Positions 37,610 through 50,492 of a stretch of DNA of 64,000 nucleotides are shown piece after piece (the stretch's first letter is position 1; each line of letters opens with the position of its first letter). Where the stretch lies: the NCBI GenBank assembly GCA_020137815.1, contig CM035355.1, forward strand, positions 62,001 to 126,000, in the 5' to 3' direction. This DNA is from Hormiphora californensis (taxonomy: Eukaryota; Animalia; Ctenophora). Under the pieces are notes generated by a model. That model saw only the letters and a list, made by a program, of their open reading frames with translations. It made no database searches and was not told where the DNA came from. Position numbers and translations under genes: made by a program.

Positions 37610-39223
37610 ATGTAATTATATTTATATTATTAACTTGTAGGCTTAATCGCAGACTTTTCGGAAACAAACTCGCTCAACTTTTTAGAGGGTAAAGAGCATG
37701 TCTATTATAATATGTGGTCAAAATTTCATATATATGGCCATATTGCCCCGGGTGGCCGTATTACCCCATTTTAACTCTACTCAAACTAATCAAAATTAGT
37801 TGGCAGGTGAGAAGGAGACGGACGGATAAAGGGGCCCTAACACGGGGGATTACGGGGGCTCGAAAGGAGAGCCGGAATAGATCGCCTAAATAGATCGCAA
37901 AGTAGTATGTAAAATGGCCCCGCTGGGTTACGATTTTGGGAGTCACCAATGTATTCCATATATGGGCATGTGACGTCACATGACGTCACATGATGTCGCG
38001 TGTTTATGACGTCATGCTGTGACGCCATAGAATTTTGCATATCATTATGTATTCCATATACGTATGTATGCATACGTCATAATATGATTTCATGTGATTA
38101 ATTACGATTATGATGTGACGTCATCACATAATTGTATGCAATTAAGCATATCTTTGCATATTCCATTCAAAAGACTAAAATTCATACGTTCTGCTGGGGA
38201 AAGGGGCCCATTTTTTTGACCTAAATTTTTTATCTTTGCATATTCTATTCTTTTTTATCGGGACAACATTTAGAATAGGTACGGCAACAATACAATTAAG
38301 AAAAATTTCACACACCCATCCCTTTACCAACGCAGGAAACAGAACCGCTATAATAGGCCACACCCAATAGTCCTACACACACTCCGCGAGGAATCACATA
38401 CCGGGCCGCTCTTCAGGGTGAGTCCTTCTCAACTCACTCAACACTCTCAATATCTGCTTTCCTCGCATTTCGTCTGTTTGCGCTATTCATCTGCCTTAAT
38501 CTCTGAAATTGATCATCGGTTCTGTTTAAAGGTTGACAAGATACCTAAAACTTTTCGGTTATCGTCTAATTTCGATTTATCATTAGTTTTAAGCTTTTTT
38601 TCAGAATTTTTTATCGTCTAGAAACAAATTCGAAATAGTATAGGGGTCTACCGATATTGTCAGCACTGTGTTTACTGGGCACACTCACTGCGTCTCGCAA
38701 ATAGAAATTCACGTTTCCGGTTCCTCAAAAGATAACGACTTGATCTTGGTTGCGTTGGATTGGTCTTTATAAGACCTTTCCAACGCTATTAAAACGGTTT
38801 CTGTTGTTATGTTCTAACCCTCCCTTTACATTTGTAAAGGAAGGATTACTAGTTAGATTTAGAAGTTTGTATCCTTTGTTTCTGCTGTAACTGGATCGTC
38901 AACAATTGATAGATCGGAAATATTGACGTCAGATATTTCGAGCAGGTTGGTGTCACTGCTGGTATCGGAGCGACCTACGGCAAGATTTAGGGCCGGGAGA
39001 AAGAAGCTGTTCAGTGTGGAAGAGAACGGAAAGCTCATTTCACCAGGGTTGCTTAGCAAGTGGGGATCCGATTTGTTAAGTGCGTGTTCAAAAAAATAAG
39101 GTCTAAATAGAATATTCTAAAATAACTCACACAAACCGAACACGCACCAAACAGTCCTTTTAATACTTAACAAACAACTCATGACCCGCGGTTCGTATTT
39201 TCTTCTTGGTTCCTTCTCTCTTC

Positions 39224-40499
39224 ACTTCTACTCTTCACTTCTACTCTTCACTTCTACTCTTCACTTCTACTTCCTATCACGGTTGTTTCGTTGTATGTCT
39301 GCGTAGCACACCGTTCTTTGTGATTTAACCGATATGGAGAGTGAAAATGAAAGTGAAGATTCTGATCAAACCCAACTCATTGCCGATGAGATTGTCAACC
39401 TTGCCAGCAAATTCTCAGTGACAGTTGGAGGTCACACTTTGTCCTATGATAGTGTTATGTACAAGATTGAGAATAAAGACCTCATTTTTGGTACTTGTGG
39501 AGATCCTCGCATGGAGAAACAGAACAAAAAGAAGTTGCTTGAGTTGCTTGAAGAGTTGTCCCGTCTTCTTTTCTACAAGTGTCTCCCTGTTATTGACACG
39601 TTCAACCAACGAGTGATAATGACTAATGACGAGAAGCTAGTGAAGATTACTGAACTAGAGAAGGAGCTGCAAACGCACCAGAAAGATGTGATCCAGTTGC
39701 AAAAGAAAGTGATCCAGTTGCAAGACAAGGAGCTGAGTGCAGCCAAAGCAGTGGCCCAAACAGTGGAGAGAGAGATGAAGTCTTTTTCCTCCGTCGTGTC
39801 AAGTAACTGTGCAGCGGCAATGGCACCATCAAGGTTGCAGGCAGTGATTGAGCGAGCAGCAAAACCGCCTAAGAAGGATGAGGAAACTGACAGGAGCAGA
39901 AACATCATTTTCTACAACGTTGATGAAGAGGATGGCGAACAGGATACACCCGAAACTGCGAAGGTGGATCAAGAGTGTGCTGAGGAAATCGTTGGGACTC
40001 TAAACGAGAAGTTCAAGCTGTCTGATGTGAAGAGAATTGGCGTGAAGAGTAGTGACAAGGCGAGACCAATTGTGGCGACACTGTCATCGAGAGAGAATGT
40101 TGTGACTCTATTGAGGAAGGCTAAAGAGTTGAGAGAGACCGAGAACTTTTCTGTTATTTATCTTTCCCCAGATAGAACGTTTGAGGAGAGAGTGGAGAGA
40201 AAGAGAACAGTTGAGATTTTTAAGAAGTTGAAAGCAGACAATCCAACTAAACAATATGTGATAAGGAGAGGGGTCATAGAATGTGTGTGATATCGCCACA
40301 TTCCATCATTCTCACCCTCACATTCCACCTCATTCACCCTCACTACCCACTCATAGTCACATTCTCACTGTGTGCCCTACAAGCTTGTGGAGGTACTTGT
40401 ATCTCTTCGCATGGGGCCGGACAAGTGTGTTTTGTGTTTATTGAGTGGTTCATTTCCATTGTATTTGTCCAACTTTATATTTCTTCAGTTCAGTTCAGT
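39224..40499 (+). mobile_element. ORF1-only retroelement, (TTCAG)n tail
   Basis: Empty site visible in duplicate 42166-42647; TSD tcttc; 5' 13-bp repeats acttctactcttc; one ORF. Confidence 0.85.
39334..40290 (+). CDS. LINE ORF1-like protein, 318 aa
   Basis: Coiled coil; RSRNIIFYNVDE, RIG..RPIVATL, IYLSPDRTFEERVERKR, YVIRRG. Confidence 0.85.
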   Translation: MESENESEDSDQTQLIADEIVNLASKFSVTVGGHTLSYDSVMYKIENKDLIFGTCGDPRMEKQNKKKLLELLEELSRLLFYKCLPVIDTFNQRVIMTNDEKLVKITELEKELQTHQKDVIQLQKKVIQLQDKELSAAKAVAQTVEREMKSFSSVVSSNCAAAMAPSRLQAVIERAAKPPKKDEETDRSRNIIFYNVDEEDGEQDTPETAKVDQECAEEIVGTLNEKFKLSDVKRIGVKSSDKARPIVATLSSRENVVTLLRKAKELRETENFSVIYLSPDRTFEERVERKRTVEIFKKLKADNPTKQYVIRRGVIECV

Positions 40500-40702
40500 T
40501 CTTCGTGCACCGGAGCCCGTCCCTGAGGGAGGGGTCGGTGTTGAGAAGGGGAAGTTCGATACAATGGGATGTATCAGGGAAAGGTGGGGAACTAAATTGG
40601 GTTCCCAAACGTACCAAAGGGTGTGGGAGATGTCAGGGAACTTCTTCTTTAGTTCATGCGGGCCTGCCCTTAGGGGCTGTTTCAACATTCTACCTGTAAC
40701 AT

Positions 40703-40745
40703 CTCAAATTAATTTGTTTAAAGTAGTGTTGAAAAGTTTGAAACT
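40703..40745 (-). other. Spliced-leader exon sequence (retroposed, not followed by GT)
   Basis: AGTTTCAAACTTTTCAACACTACTTTAAACAAATTAATTTGAG then ATG; matches recalled ctenophore SL. Confidence 0.78.
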
Positions 40746-41174
40746 AGTGTTCTTTAAAGTAAGAGTGGCGCGCCGTGTTTTCTCACAAAACTTAGTGGAT
40801 GAACGGGGAGTACCACCAGGACCATTGGTAAGGTATCGAAAATTTCCAATTCTGTCGCGTTCATTAGTTATGACGTAATATGTTCATTATTTCAACTTTT
40901 ATAAAACTGCTCTACAGAAAAGTCTGTGCATTGTGGATTGAAATGGATGCTTGCATCGTGTTCAGCGTCAAAAAATAGCCGGGGTACCAAATTTTGGTGT
41001 CTCTACCTTGTCTGTGACGCGAGATATCGAAAATCATCAAAAATGACCAAAGTGAGAGAAAGAGAGTTTGTTACAAGTGGGTGGCGCGCACAAACAACTA
41101 GCACCCAAAGATAACAATCTCTCTCTCGCCCATTTTGGTCGTTTTTGATAATTAGGCCAGGCCCTTTTTGCAAA

Positions 41175-42133
41175 TTTGGTGAACTGAGACATAACAGAGG
41201 TTTTCCACTTGCATTGTACTCCTATGGGGTCTCAGAAACACCAAAAAAATTTTCCACTCCAACCGAGGTGAAGAAAGTGCCCAAAATGGCCACGCCCTTA
41301 ATTGCCTGTATTTTCAGCCTCAACCAAAAATAGCAACTTTGCTTTGGATTGGAGTAGAGACAAAAATGAGGGCACTAAAATGTGTAGAATGAGCAGCAGA
41401 ATCGATTGGGACCAAGCAGAAGTCGCTATCTTGTCAGCTTTGAGAGATAATTAGATGATTAAGTATGTGCATAACCGTTTTTGAGCCATATGGCTATAGC
41501 CACTCGGGAGCGGTTTTAACAATTTTCCTTCATAGGAGCTTGTTCAGCATATAAAAATTAGTGGGGGTAACAAATATGAAGTTTCTATCGCATAAGGTCA
41601 ATGCGTTATTCAACTTCAAAGTTCGAAAAATGAGGGGGAAAAGTCGAAATTTGGTCATTTTCCCTCCTTTTCCCCTCATTTTTTGATCTTTGAAGTTGAA
41701 TAACGCATTGACCTTATGCGATAGAAACTTCATATTTGTTATCCCCACTAATTTTTATATGCTGAACAAGCTCCTATGAAGGAAAATTGTTAAAACCGCT
41801 CCCGAGTGGCTATAGCCATATGGCTCAAAAACGGTTATGCGCATACTTAATTATCCAATTATCTCTCGAACCTGATGAGATAACGACTTCTGCTTGGTAC
41901 CAATCGATTCTGCTGCTCATTCTACACATTTTAGTGCCCTCATTTACGTTTCTACTCCAATCCAAAGCAAAGTTGCTATTTTTGGTCAAGGCTGAAAATA
42001 CAGGCAAAAAGGGCGTGGCCATTTTGGGCACTTTCTTCACCTCGGTTGGAGTGAACAATTTTTTTGGTGTTTCTAGGACCCCATAGGAGTACAATACAAG
42101 TGGAAAACCTTTGTTATGTCTCAGTTCACCAAA
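41175..42133. mobile_element. Palindromic MITE
   Basis: tttggtgaactgagacataaca / tgttatgtctcagttcaccaaa; arms run nearly to the centre at about 41650. Confidence 0.75.
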
Positions 42134-42165
42134 CGGCCCCAAAATGACAAAAAATGACTGGCCTA

Positions 42166-42647
42166 GGGAGAAAGAAGCTGTTCAGTGTGGAAGAGAACGG
42201 AAAGCTCATTTCACCAGGGTTGCTTAGCAAGTGGGGATCCGATTTGTTAAGTGCGTGTTCAAAAAAATAAGGTCTAAATAGAATATTCTAAAATAACTCA
42301 CACAAACCGAACACGCACCAAACAGTCCTTTTAATACTTAACAAACAACTCACGACCCGCGGTTCGTATTTTCTTCTTGGTTCCTTCTCTCTTCGTGCAC
42401 CGGAGCCCGTCCCTGAGGGAGGGGTCGGTGTTGAGAAGGGGAAGTTCGATACAATGGGATGTATCAGGGGAAGGTGGGGAACTAAATTGGGTTCCCAAAC
42501 GTACCAAAGGGTGTGGGAGATGTCAGGGAACTTCTTCTTTAGTTCATGCGGGCCTGCCCTTAGGGGCTGTTTCAACATTCTACCTGTAACATCTCAAATT
42601 AATTTGTTTAAAGTAGTGTTGAAAAGTTTGAAACTAGTGTTCTTTAA
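42166..42647. repeat. 482-bp direct duplicate of 38995-40757 lacking the ORF1 element
   Basis: Near-identical sequence on either side of the insertion point. Confidence 0.9.
42593..42635 (-). other. Spliced-leader exon sequence (duplicate copy)
   Basis: Identical to 40703-40745. Confidence 0.78.
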
Positions 42648-44312
42648 TGCGGACTTGTACTGGCCTTTTAGTCTGACCGATGTAGCTAGCTGGACAGTCC
42701 TGACATGGGATCCTGTATATGCGTTGCAAAGATAAAAATTTTATCTTTCCAATGGCACCAAGAAAAAGTCGCTAGCTTATCAGGAACCTGAAATCGATTT
42801 CAAGCGCTGCATTTGCGCGGCGGCCTGTCGCTTAAATAAAAATTGGACTTTAGTCGGGTTCTGTGGTTTTCGCTATGCTATGATCTGCAGGGCAAGCGAT
42901 TCTGGTAATTTGAAACACCGCGGAGGGCTATTTGAAACACTTTTCTCCAAATCCGCTGTCGGAAATTTTTGATGTTCATTTTGAGCATAGGGAGGATATG
43001 GTCTTGTTTTTTTAACGGGTCGTCCGACCAAAATTTTTCAATCAAAGATTCCGATACATTAACATAACAGTCGGGGGTTGATTTTCATATACTCAGATGG
43101 TGCGGTGTTCAAATTTCCTTTTAGCGAAAAAACCAGACCTCTATCTTACTCCTGAGCGGTGCTATTAATGAAAATACGACGTGCGGTGCTCTTGTGCGGT
43201 GCTGACCTCTAATTTGCCTCCTGATCCTTATTATAATTTGCAAATGCGTGGCGTCGTGATGACCTATCCTCACGTGCAAATAGAGGGGGTTGCCCTGGGA
43301 GGTGGCTTGGGAGGGGTATTGGAGGGGGGATACTGCACGTGCATGTTTTCGGTTGTTTGTTGCGTGTTCCTGTGTTGTTCCTGTGGTATTTTGGGATCTA
43401 CTACTGGGACCTCCATGATTTCCAAAGCCTTTCTACCTACGTACCCCGTTGATTCTCTACACAGCTACAATTCTACGGATCTTTATCACCTGATTCTTCA
43501 TGTTATTCAGCGAGATTTCCCTTGATGTTTCTCACCATGGCGCTCTACCACTACCAACCTCCCTATTCTTTACCCCGACATGGAGGGGGGATAGAGACGG
43601 GGGGGGGGGACATAGAGACGGTTGGGGGGGGGGGTGTTGTAGGACATAACAATGGGCTTTCTAGTGCCTCTTATAAGTTGAAATTTCAGGAATCGATGAC
43701 CATAATTTTTTCCCAATCAAGAAAACTAACATCGATAAAAATTTTACTCTTTTAGTGCGGTGCAGGCCTAAATTTATGCTTTTTTCTTACTCGTGAAGGG
43801 TAAAATGAGCAAATAGCATTACGGTTTCTTGCACACCTTTTCTATCGACATTTCTTGATACTATGAACCTAAAATCAACACTAAAGTTTACTCATGGGGT
43901 GCGGTGCAGAGGCTTCAAAAGTGGTTGCATATTGCGACTTGTCAACTGCACCGCAATTAATGAGTAAATACGTCTGAAAACTAGCTAGTGGTGTAGCTAG
44001 TGTCTATATCAACTGTTTCTGATCAAAATTGGAATCATTATTACTCATTTGGTGCGGTACATGGGCATTTTAATAAAACTTGATATTTTCCGTGTCACCG
44101 CACCAAATGAGTAAATTTTTTGAATTTTTTTAAAAACACAAGCTTAAATTACTCTCAAGACAAAAATATTTCTTACCTAAATACATACTCCTTTTTCCAA
44201 AATTTGTCAAATTTTCAGTCGAGGAGACGACCAGTTAAAACAACTAGACCATATGAATTATGATTTTAGCCAATTCCGCCAAAAATTGGCCGAATTTTGG
44301 GCAAAAACTATT

Positions 44313-45856
44313 GGCAGGTGCACAGTTGCTCGACAGTCTATTTCTGGCTGCTATTTCTGGCTGCTAAACCTATTTCTGGCTGCTAGACCTATTTCTGGCT
44401 GCAAGCAGCCAGAAATAGATTTAGCAGCCAGAAATAGATTTTAGCAGCCAGAAATGGTAAGCGGTAAAGGTTGACCCGTCTCCTGAGAATTTAAAACTGT
44501 TTTGGCCATAACTCAGCCATTTCTTGACCAATTTGCAAAATCTTGGGCTCATTGGAAAGAAGACATTAAGATCTTTAAAATGAGCTCAATAAAATGAAAA
44601 TTGGCGCAAATTGCGCGGCGTAGTGGCGAAAACGCGCATTTTGCGCCGATTTTGATTTTCTTGGGCTCATCTGAAAGAGCTCAATGTCCCCTTTCCAACG
44701 AGCCCAATATTTTGCAAATTGGTCAAGAAATGGCTGAGTTACGGCCAAATAAAAATATAATTCTCAGGAGACGGGTCAACCTTTACCGCTTACCGCCAGA
44801 AATAGGGTCTAGCAGCCAGAAATAGGGTTTCTCTCACGTGATCTCTCTATCTCTGTATGGGATACGAGAGACGAATCGGTGAAGTGATTCGGTATCTGCA
44901 ACTAATTTGGTATGGGATACGGGAAACGAATCGGTAAAGTGATTCGGTATCTGCAACTAATTGGGTATGGGATACGAGAGGCACCTCTTTTGTTTTACCG
45001 GTCCCCTAGCTCCAAACTTGAAATTCAAGACATCGAATATGTGTTATCACACCCATTGCGTCAAATCACCGATAAACTGATCTCATATCACGCTGTGTAA
45101 CATGTCGGAATAGGATAACCGATAAACAGATCTCTTATCGTGTAACTTTTCATGCCTCGTGTCACAAATAAGGTGGATGGGACCCATTATGACAATCCAT
45201 TATAAAAGGCCAAATTTTTGACGTCAAGGCATCGCAATCAATTATGCCTCTGTTACGAAGGCGTCACCGGACAGCTCCTATACCTTCTCTCCCACGAACA
45301 CTCCTTGGTCGAGGACAACATCGAGGAGGAGGCTCGACATTTGCTCCCTCTGTATGGAGGGAAGACACCAGCTTCAAGCCTGCCCTCTAAACAGGCCCAC
45401 ATCTCCGCTCCGGATCCTGCGGCGTTTCAACCTGTGTGCCTGCCGGGAGGTATCGAGGACCGTAAACCTGGATCCGAATACGCACATCGAGAGGACCATA
45501 GTGGACCAGTTCCTATGATGCGACCACTATCTTCCTCGCCAACAAGTCCAGCAGCAGCGCCCGACTGAGGACTACACCATACTCGATCTGCAACTAATTT
45601 GGCAGGTCCCGTACCGAATCATTTCACCGATTCGTCTCCCGTATCCCATACCCAATTAGTTGCAGATACCGAATTGCTTCACCGATTCGTCTCTCGTATC
45701 CCATATGAGAGAAACCCTATTTCTGGCTGCTAAAATCTATTTCTGGCTGCTAGACCCTATTTCTGGCTGCTAAAATCTATTTCTGGCTGCTAGACCTATT
45801 TCTGGGTGCTTGCAGCCCATTTGCAGAAATAGACTGCGAGCAACTGTGCACCTGCC
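44313..45856. mobile_element. Merlin/MuDR-like foldback MITE, second copy
   Basis: Same TIR and subrepeats as 16158-17231. Confidence 0.82.
44456..44794. mobile_element. MITE with GG termini and 9-bp TSD
   Basis: TIR ggtaagcggtaaaggttgacccgtctcctgagaat; TSD gccagaaat. Confidence 0.85.
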
Positions 45857-46721
45857 AAATAATTTTTTCAAAAAATTTAGAAAAATTTCCTAAGTTATAC
45901 CGGCCCGTCCGATTTGTGTTTCGAATCGGTGCAGCTTACTGGATATCCTGTCTAATTAGTGGGTTCGAATCGAACCGATACGTGATACCATGCCGAATTG
46001 GGGCACCCTAAGCAGGTGAGGAAGTATCAAAATTTCAAAATAACTTTTTTTCTCAAAATTTATGGGGAGCACCGATCAAAGCATTGGCAATCTTACTGTA
46101 AAATTTTGCAAAAAAAAGTTTTAAAATTTTTAAAGGTATACCAGCCACGTCCGAATCCTGTTTCGAATCGGTGCATCTTATCGCATGTCCTGCTACTAAT
46201 TAGACGGTTCGGGACGAATCGAAACGTGATCCCCATCGAATCGAAATTTTGACGCTTGGTGAATTCAATGGCCCCATGGGGATCACGTATCGGTTCGTTT
46301 CAAACCGTCTAATTAGCAGCAGGACATGCGATAAGATTCACTGATTCGAAAAACGATTCGGACGTGGCTGGTGTTTCTTTGAAAAATTTTCAAAAAAATT
46401 TCTCAAAAAAATTTTTGGGGGGAAAAATCCTGCCACTAAATCGGGGGCCACTAAATCGGGGTCCGACTGTATATATATCACGTGATCCTGACCCCGGAAG
46501 ACAAAATAAGATATCTCAAACCACCCCAAAAATTGCCCAGGGACTGTGTCGGTAACACATAAAAAAATTTTGGGTTCGACTTGATTCGTGGACACGCAAG
46601 CGAAAAAAGTAAAAAAGTGTTACAAATAGCCAGTGGCTACCCTAGCTAGCGAGTTCAAACCCCATTGATCTTCAAAAAAATCCCTTGTCAGCGCTATCGG
46701 GTGAAGCAGCAATTGTTACTA

Positions 46722-47168
46722 AGGGGGGAGACACACTGAAGTTGAGCGCGCTCGTTCAAATCTCAACCTCGCGACACACTGAAGTTCGAAGTTCGAAGTT
46801 TCGCGAAAACCAATTTTCGACTGAGAAACCATTTGTTAGATGATAACTTACTTACCGGTACATTTCTCGAGGTGTCCTTTATCCATACCGAGTCAATTTC
46901 ACCGTTTTTGAAATTTTTGGCTAATCCGGTCACAGTTGTCCCAATTCACCAAAAATTTTAAAAACGGTGAAATTGACTCGGTATGGACAAAGGACACCTC
47001 GAGAGATGTACCAATAAATAAGTTAGCACCTTACAAATGATTTCTCAGCCGAAAATGGGATTTCGCGAAACTTCGAACTTTTCCGCGAAACTTCAAACCG
47101 CGAAACTTCAGTGTGTTTCACGCGGTTGAGAGTTGAACGCGCGACCAACCTCAGTGTGTCTCCCCCTA
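46722..47168. mobile_element. Palindromic MITE
   Basis: gggggagacacactga / tcagtgtgtctccccc with matching internal arms. Confidence 0.7.
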
Positions 47169-48081
47169 AGGGTCCAGTTAGAGATTTTGCTACCGGGGCT
47201 AGTTACAATGGTGCAGGGCCCTGCTGACACTGTCACGCGTGCGCTACTTTAGATGCAATTCACATCGAAATCCCTGCTAGTCAATCGAAGATGTCGTGCG
47301 CATAGGGATTCTCCCAGCTAGCGCCTGGTGCTGGTTACCGATCCTGGTGCTAGTTTCAAATCTGTAACTGGAGCGTAAAAACAAATTTAGGTCAAAAAAA
47401 TGGGCCCGTTTCCCCAGCAGAACGTAGGAATTTTATCCTTTTGAATGGAATATGCAAATATATGCGTAATTGCATACAATTATGTGATGACATCACATCA
47501 TAATCGTAATTAATCACATGACATCATATTATGACGTATGCATATACATATGGAATATACAAAGACATGCAAAATTCTGTGTCGTCACGGTGTGACGTCA
47601 CAGCATGACGTCATAATCACGCTGTATCATGTGACGTCATATGATATCATGTGACGTCACATGCCCATATATGGAATCATTTGGTGACTCCTAAAATCGT
47701 GATCCAGCGGGGCCATTTTACATACTACTTCGCCCGAAAGATTCATCTGCGCATTACCATTACCATTACGTTTCACCACACAGAAGGCACACGTACGTCA
47801 CACGCATGTGCCTTCTATCCGGTGAAAGTACGATTTCACGTAATGTGCAAATATATCTTTTAGGCGATCTATTCGGGCGATCTATTCGGGCATTTCTTTT
47901 GGGCCCCCGTAATCCGCTGCCTTAAGGGCCCTCAGTTAAAGGAGCCTCAAGGACACATAATGGACCCTCAATACATTTCATTTGAAATCATGTATCATGC
48001 TAATCATGTATCATGCTAATCATCAAGCAACCTTCATAACAACACGGCGAAGTCTCTCCTTTGATACAACGACCTTGTATA

Positions 48082-48309
48082 AAGGTCCTCCCAAACTATT
48101 ATGTCCCTTGCTGCGCGCGACCGGATTTTAGACAGCCATAGCTCCACCCCCTGATGAGATAGAGACTTGAAATTTGTTTTGTGAGGAGATCATGTCGAGT
48201 TCTTCCTACATAACAAATTTCAAGTCTTTATCTCATCAGGGAGTGGAATTATGACCGTGGGAAATTTCACAAAACCCGAGTGAGGGACATAGTAGTTTGG
48301 GGAGTACTT
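48082..48309. mobile_element. MITE, intact copy of the 639-2171 family
   Basis: Reverse complement of 639-656 plus 1962-2171; TA flanks. Confidence 0.85.
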
Positions 48310-48928
48310 TACATACATACATACAACGTTGCCTGTCTCCGCAGCTTCTTTAGTACCCCCGGCAGATGTTCTTCATGCACGGTAAAAGTTTTCGATTTTC
48401 ACGTACACTACCAGCAACTCTTACTCCAACTTTTGTTCTCCTACGTTTTCTGATAGGTTTCACAGACGTCTCAGCATAGTAATTTTAGACTCTCCAGTAA
48501 TAATGGCACAGGTCTTCTTCTCGATGGTTCTAATAGTGGCTGACACACTATCGTCTATCACATTCCTTTGGATGGCAGCACTTTTAAGAATCCAGTCGAT
48601 TGGATCCCTCACTACGATTAGATCCCTCACTATGACCACCAATATAGTCCCACAGAACAGAGATTTCCCTTTTATGTGATCTGTACGATCGTTTGAGTTC
48701 TACCAGGGAAGAGGGGGCAGTAGCTAACTGATGCCCCTAACTGTCAATTTTCCCAAGGAATTAGGTACCACCCGACCAGTAAAAATTACACTTGAAATGA
48801 TTGTCTCATATGAGACCCTCCTCTTCGCACCGGGCCGTAGGCCCGGTGCGGCTACGTGAGGCGCGATGTACAGTCAGTGTCTGACAATGAAATGAAGGGT
48901 ATTACACAGTGATGGGCAGAAAAATGGA

Positions 48929-49245
48929 TAGTATAGTACTTAACGTCATTAGCACTTTGTCGATGTTTGGCGCCACACTCCACCGCCATTAAAATACCGC
49001 CAGAGCATAAATGGCGCCACTCCCAGGGTGTGGCGCCACTCCCAGCCGCCATATAGCGAATTTAACCGCCATGTGGCGTTTGAATACCGCCATGGCGGGA
49101 CTACCCATATAATATTCGGCAAAATGGCGCCATTGTGGTGATACCCCGCACTCACCATATTGTGGCGCCAAATCCTCGCCACGTGGCGAAATAATGGTGC
49201 TAAAATGGCGCCACAAAGTGCTAACGACTAAAAGTACTATACTAC
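48929..49245. mobile_element. MITE with internal tggcgcca repeats
   Basis: tagtatagtactt...tagcactttgt / acaaagtgctaa...aagtactatacta. Confidence 0.65.
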
Positions 49246-50178
49246 CAAAAAATGCCCCCCAAGGCTAGCATGGTTCCCGATATCGTAGAGCGCTAAAATT
49301 TGACAAAATTACTCTGAGGGACAAATAAATAGGTTGACCAAAATTTTAGCCTTTTCGCTCAAAGTTCATTTTTATGACTGGAATGAGCTTTGCTTTATCT
49401 CTCAAACGGGATCTCGAATCATTCGAAAAGTTAAATGGTTTTGGCTATCAATTTTCTTTCAAAATGCGACCAAGAAAACCCAAAACGGACAACCCAACGC
49501 ACACAGTGTCATGTTTCTGACAGTAATTCAGGTCATGTGATCAGTGATCCCCACCGAATTGTGGACTATTCTGAATTGCTAATAAAATTAGTGGTGGAGA
49601 GTCACGTATCACTGCCGCCAATGAGTGATGACGATGATAATTGGTCATGAGATCCGAAGGACAGGTGAGTTGAACTTCGCTCCTAATACTAATAGCAGAC
49701 AGCAATAAAAGGCTGCAATAAAAGGCTGATGTGGATCACGTATCCAACTAGATTAAATATAGATGTAAATATGTTAGTACCAAATACCAATGATTGGAGT
49801 GGCCAAAGGTTTATGAGGCGCAATATAATCAGAATTATGGAGAGTGTATACCGGCGGCCTCTATGGTTGATAAACATGAAAACTCGGGGGTTGGTTAACT
49901 GTTTCTGCGTCAACGCCTTCGTCAAAACTAAAGAAATTGGCAACTTTACAATATAATAAATCAAGACACAAGAGTAAATATTTGATAGAGGCGATTGTTG
50001 TCCTTACAAAAAGTAAAGCAGGCCGGCTAGGATAAATCCAGTGCCGGGGGTGCTGATATCCCTTTCAATAAAGTTCAGCCACGGACTTTCCGGTACAGAT
50101 TTCTTTGCAGCGTACGCACTCGTGTTGTTTTTGGGTCTCTCAAGAGAGCTCCTACCAATCATAGCTTGGTGGACGACA

Positions 50179-50250
50179 TGCACTAGACCAGGATCGAACC
50201 CTGGACCTAATGCATGGGAGGCGAGTGTACTGGCCACTACACCACCCTGC
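50179..50250 (-). pseudogene. tRNA-Gly-like sequence (pseudogene or SINE head)
   Basis: Box A TGGTGTAGTGG, loop CTCCCAT, box B GGTTCGATCC, ends TGCA; acceptor and anticodon stems degraded. Confidence 0.65.
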
Positions 50251-50338
50251 TAACAACACATTCTAAAATCCATAGCTAGAGGCGGGAGACAGACTGAAGT
50301 TGGGCGCTCTCCCCCCCCCCCCCAGAGCAGTCATAGTC

Positions 50339-50373
50339 CTCAAATTAATTTGTTAAAATTAGTGATGAAAAGT
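50339..50373 (-). other. Diverged spliced-leader sequence
   Basis: ACTTTTCATCACTAATTTTAACAAATTAATTTGAG followed by GAC; three substitutions relative to the other copies. Confidence 0.65.
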
Positions 50374-50492
50374 CAGCCCCTTGTTAGCCCCTTGTTCAGT
50401 AGATCCTTTAATCGTAGTTACCAGGTCCAGCAGAGCATCAATTTCCTTTGGTGACGCCATCCCCTATTATGTTATTAAGCCAAAAACTAATT

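Larger units (their letters stand above)
38805..40745 (-). mobile_element. Spliced-leader-headed short retroposon (about 660 nt without its insertion)
   Basis: SL-like 5' end at 40703-40745; 3' hairpin 38816-38847 also found at 56501-56542; interrupted by 39224-40499. Confidence 0.55.
37830..47932. repeat. Pair of diverged inverted arms (37830-38230 / 47380-47932), possibly one large TIR element
   Basis: Reverse-complement similarity including tgacgtca-rich core; no TSD verified. Confidence 0.5.

Noticed and set aside
40703-40745. SL RNA genes at the four SL matches
   Set aside because: None is followed by a GT donor or an evident Sm site
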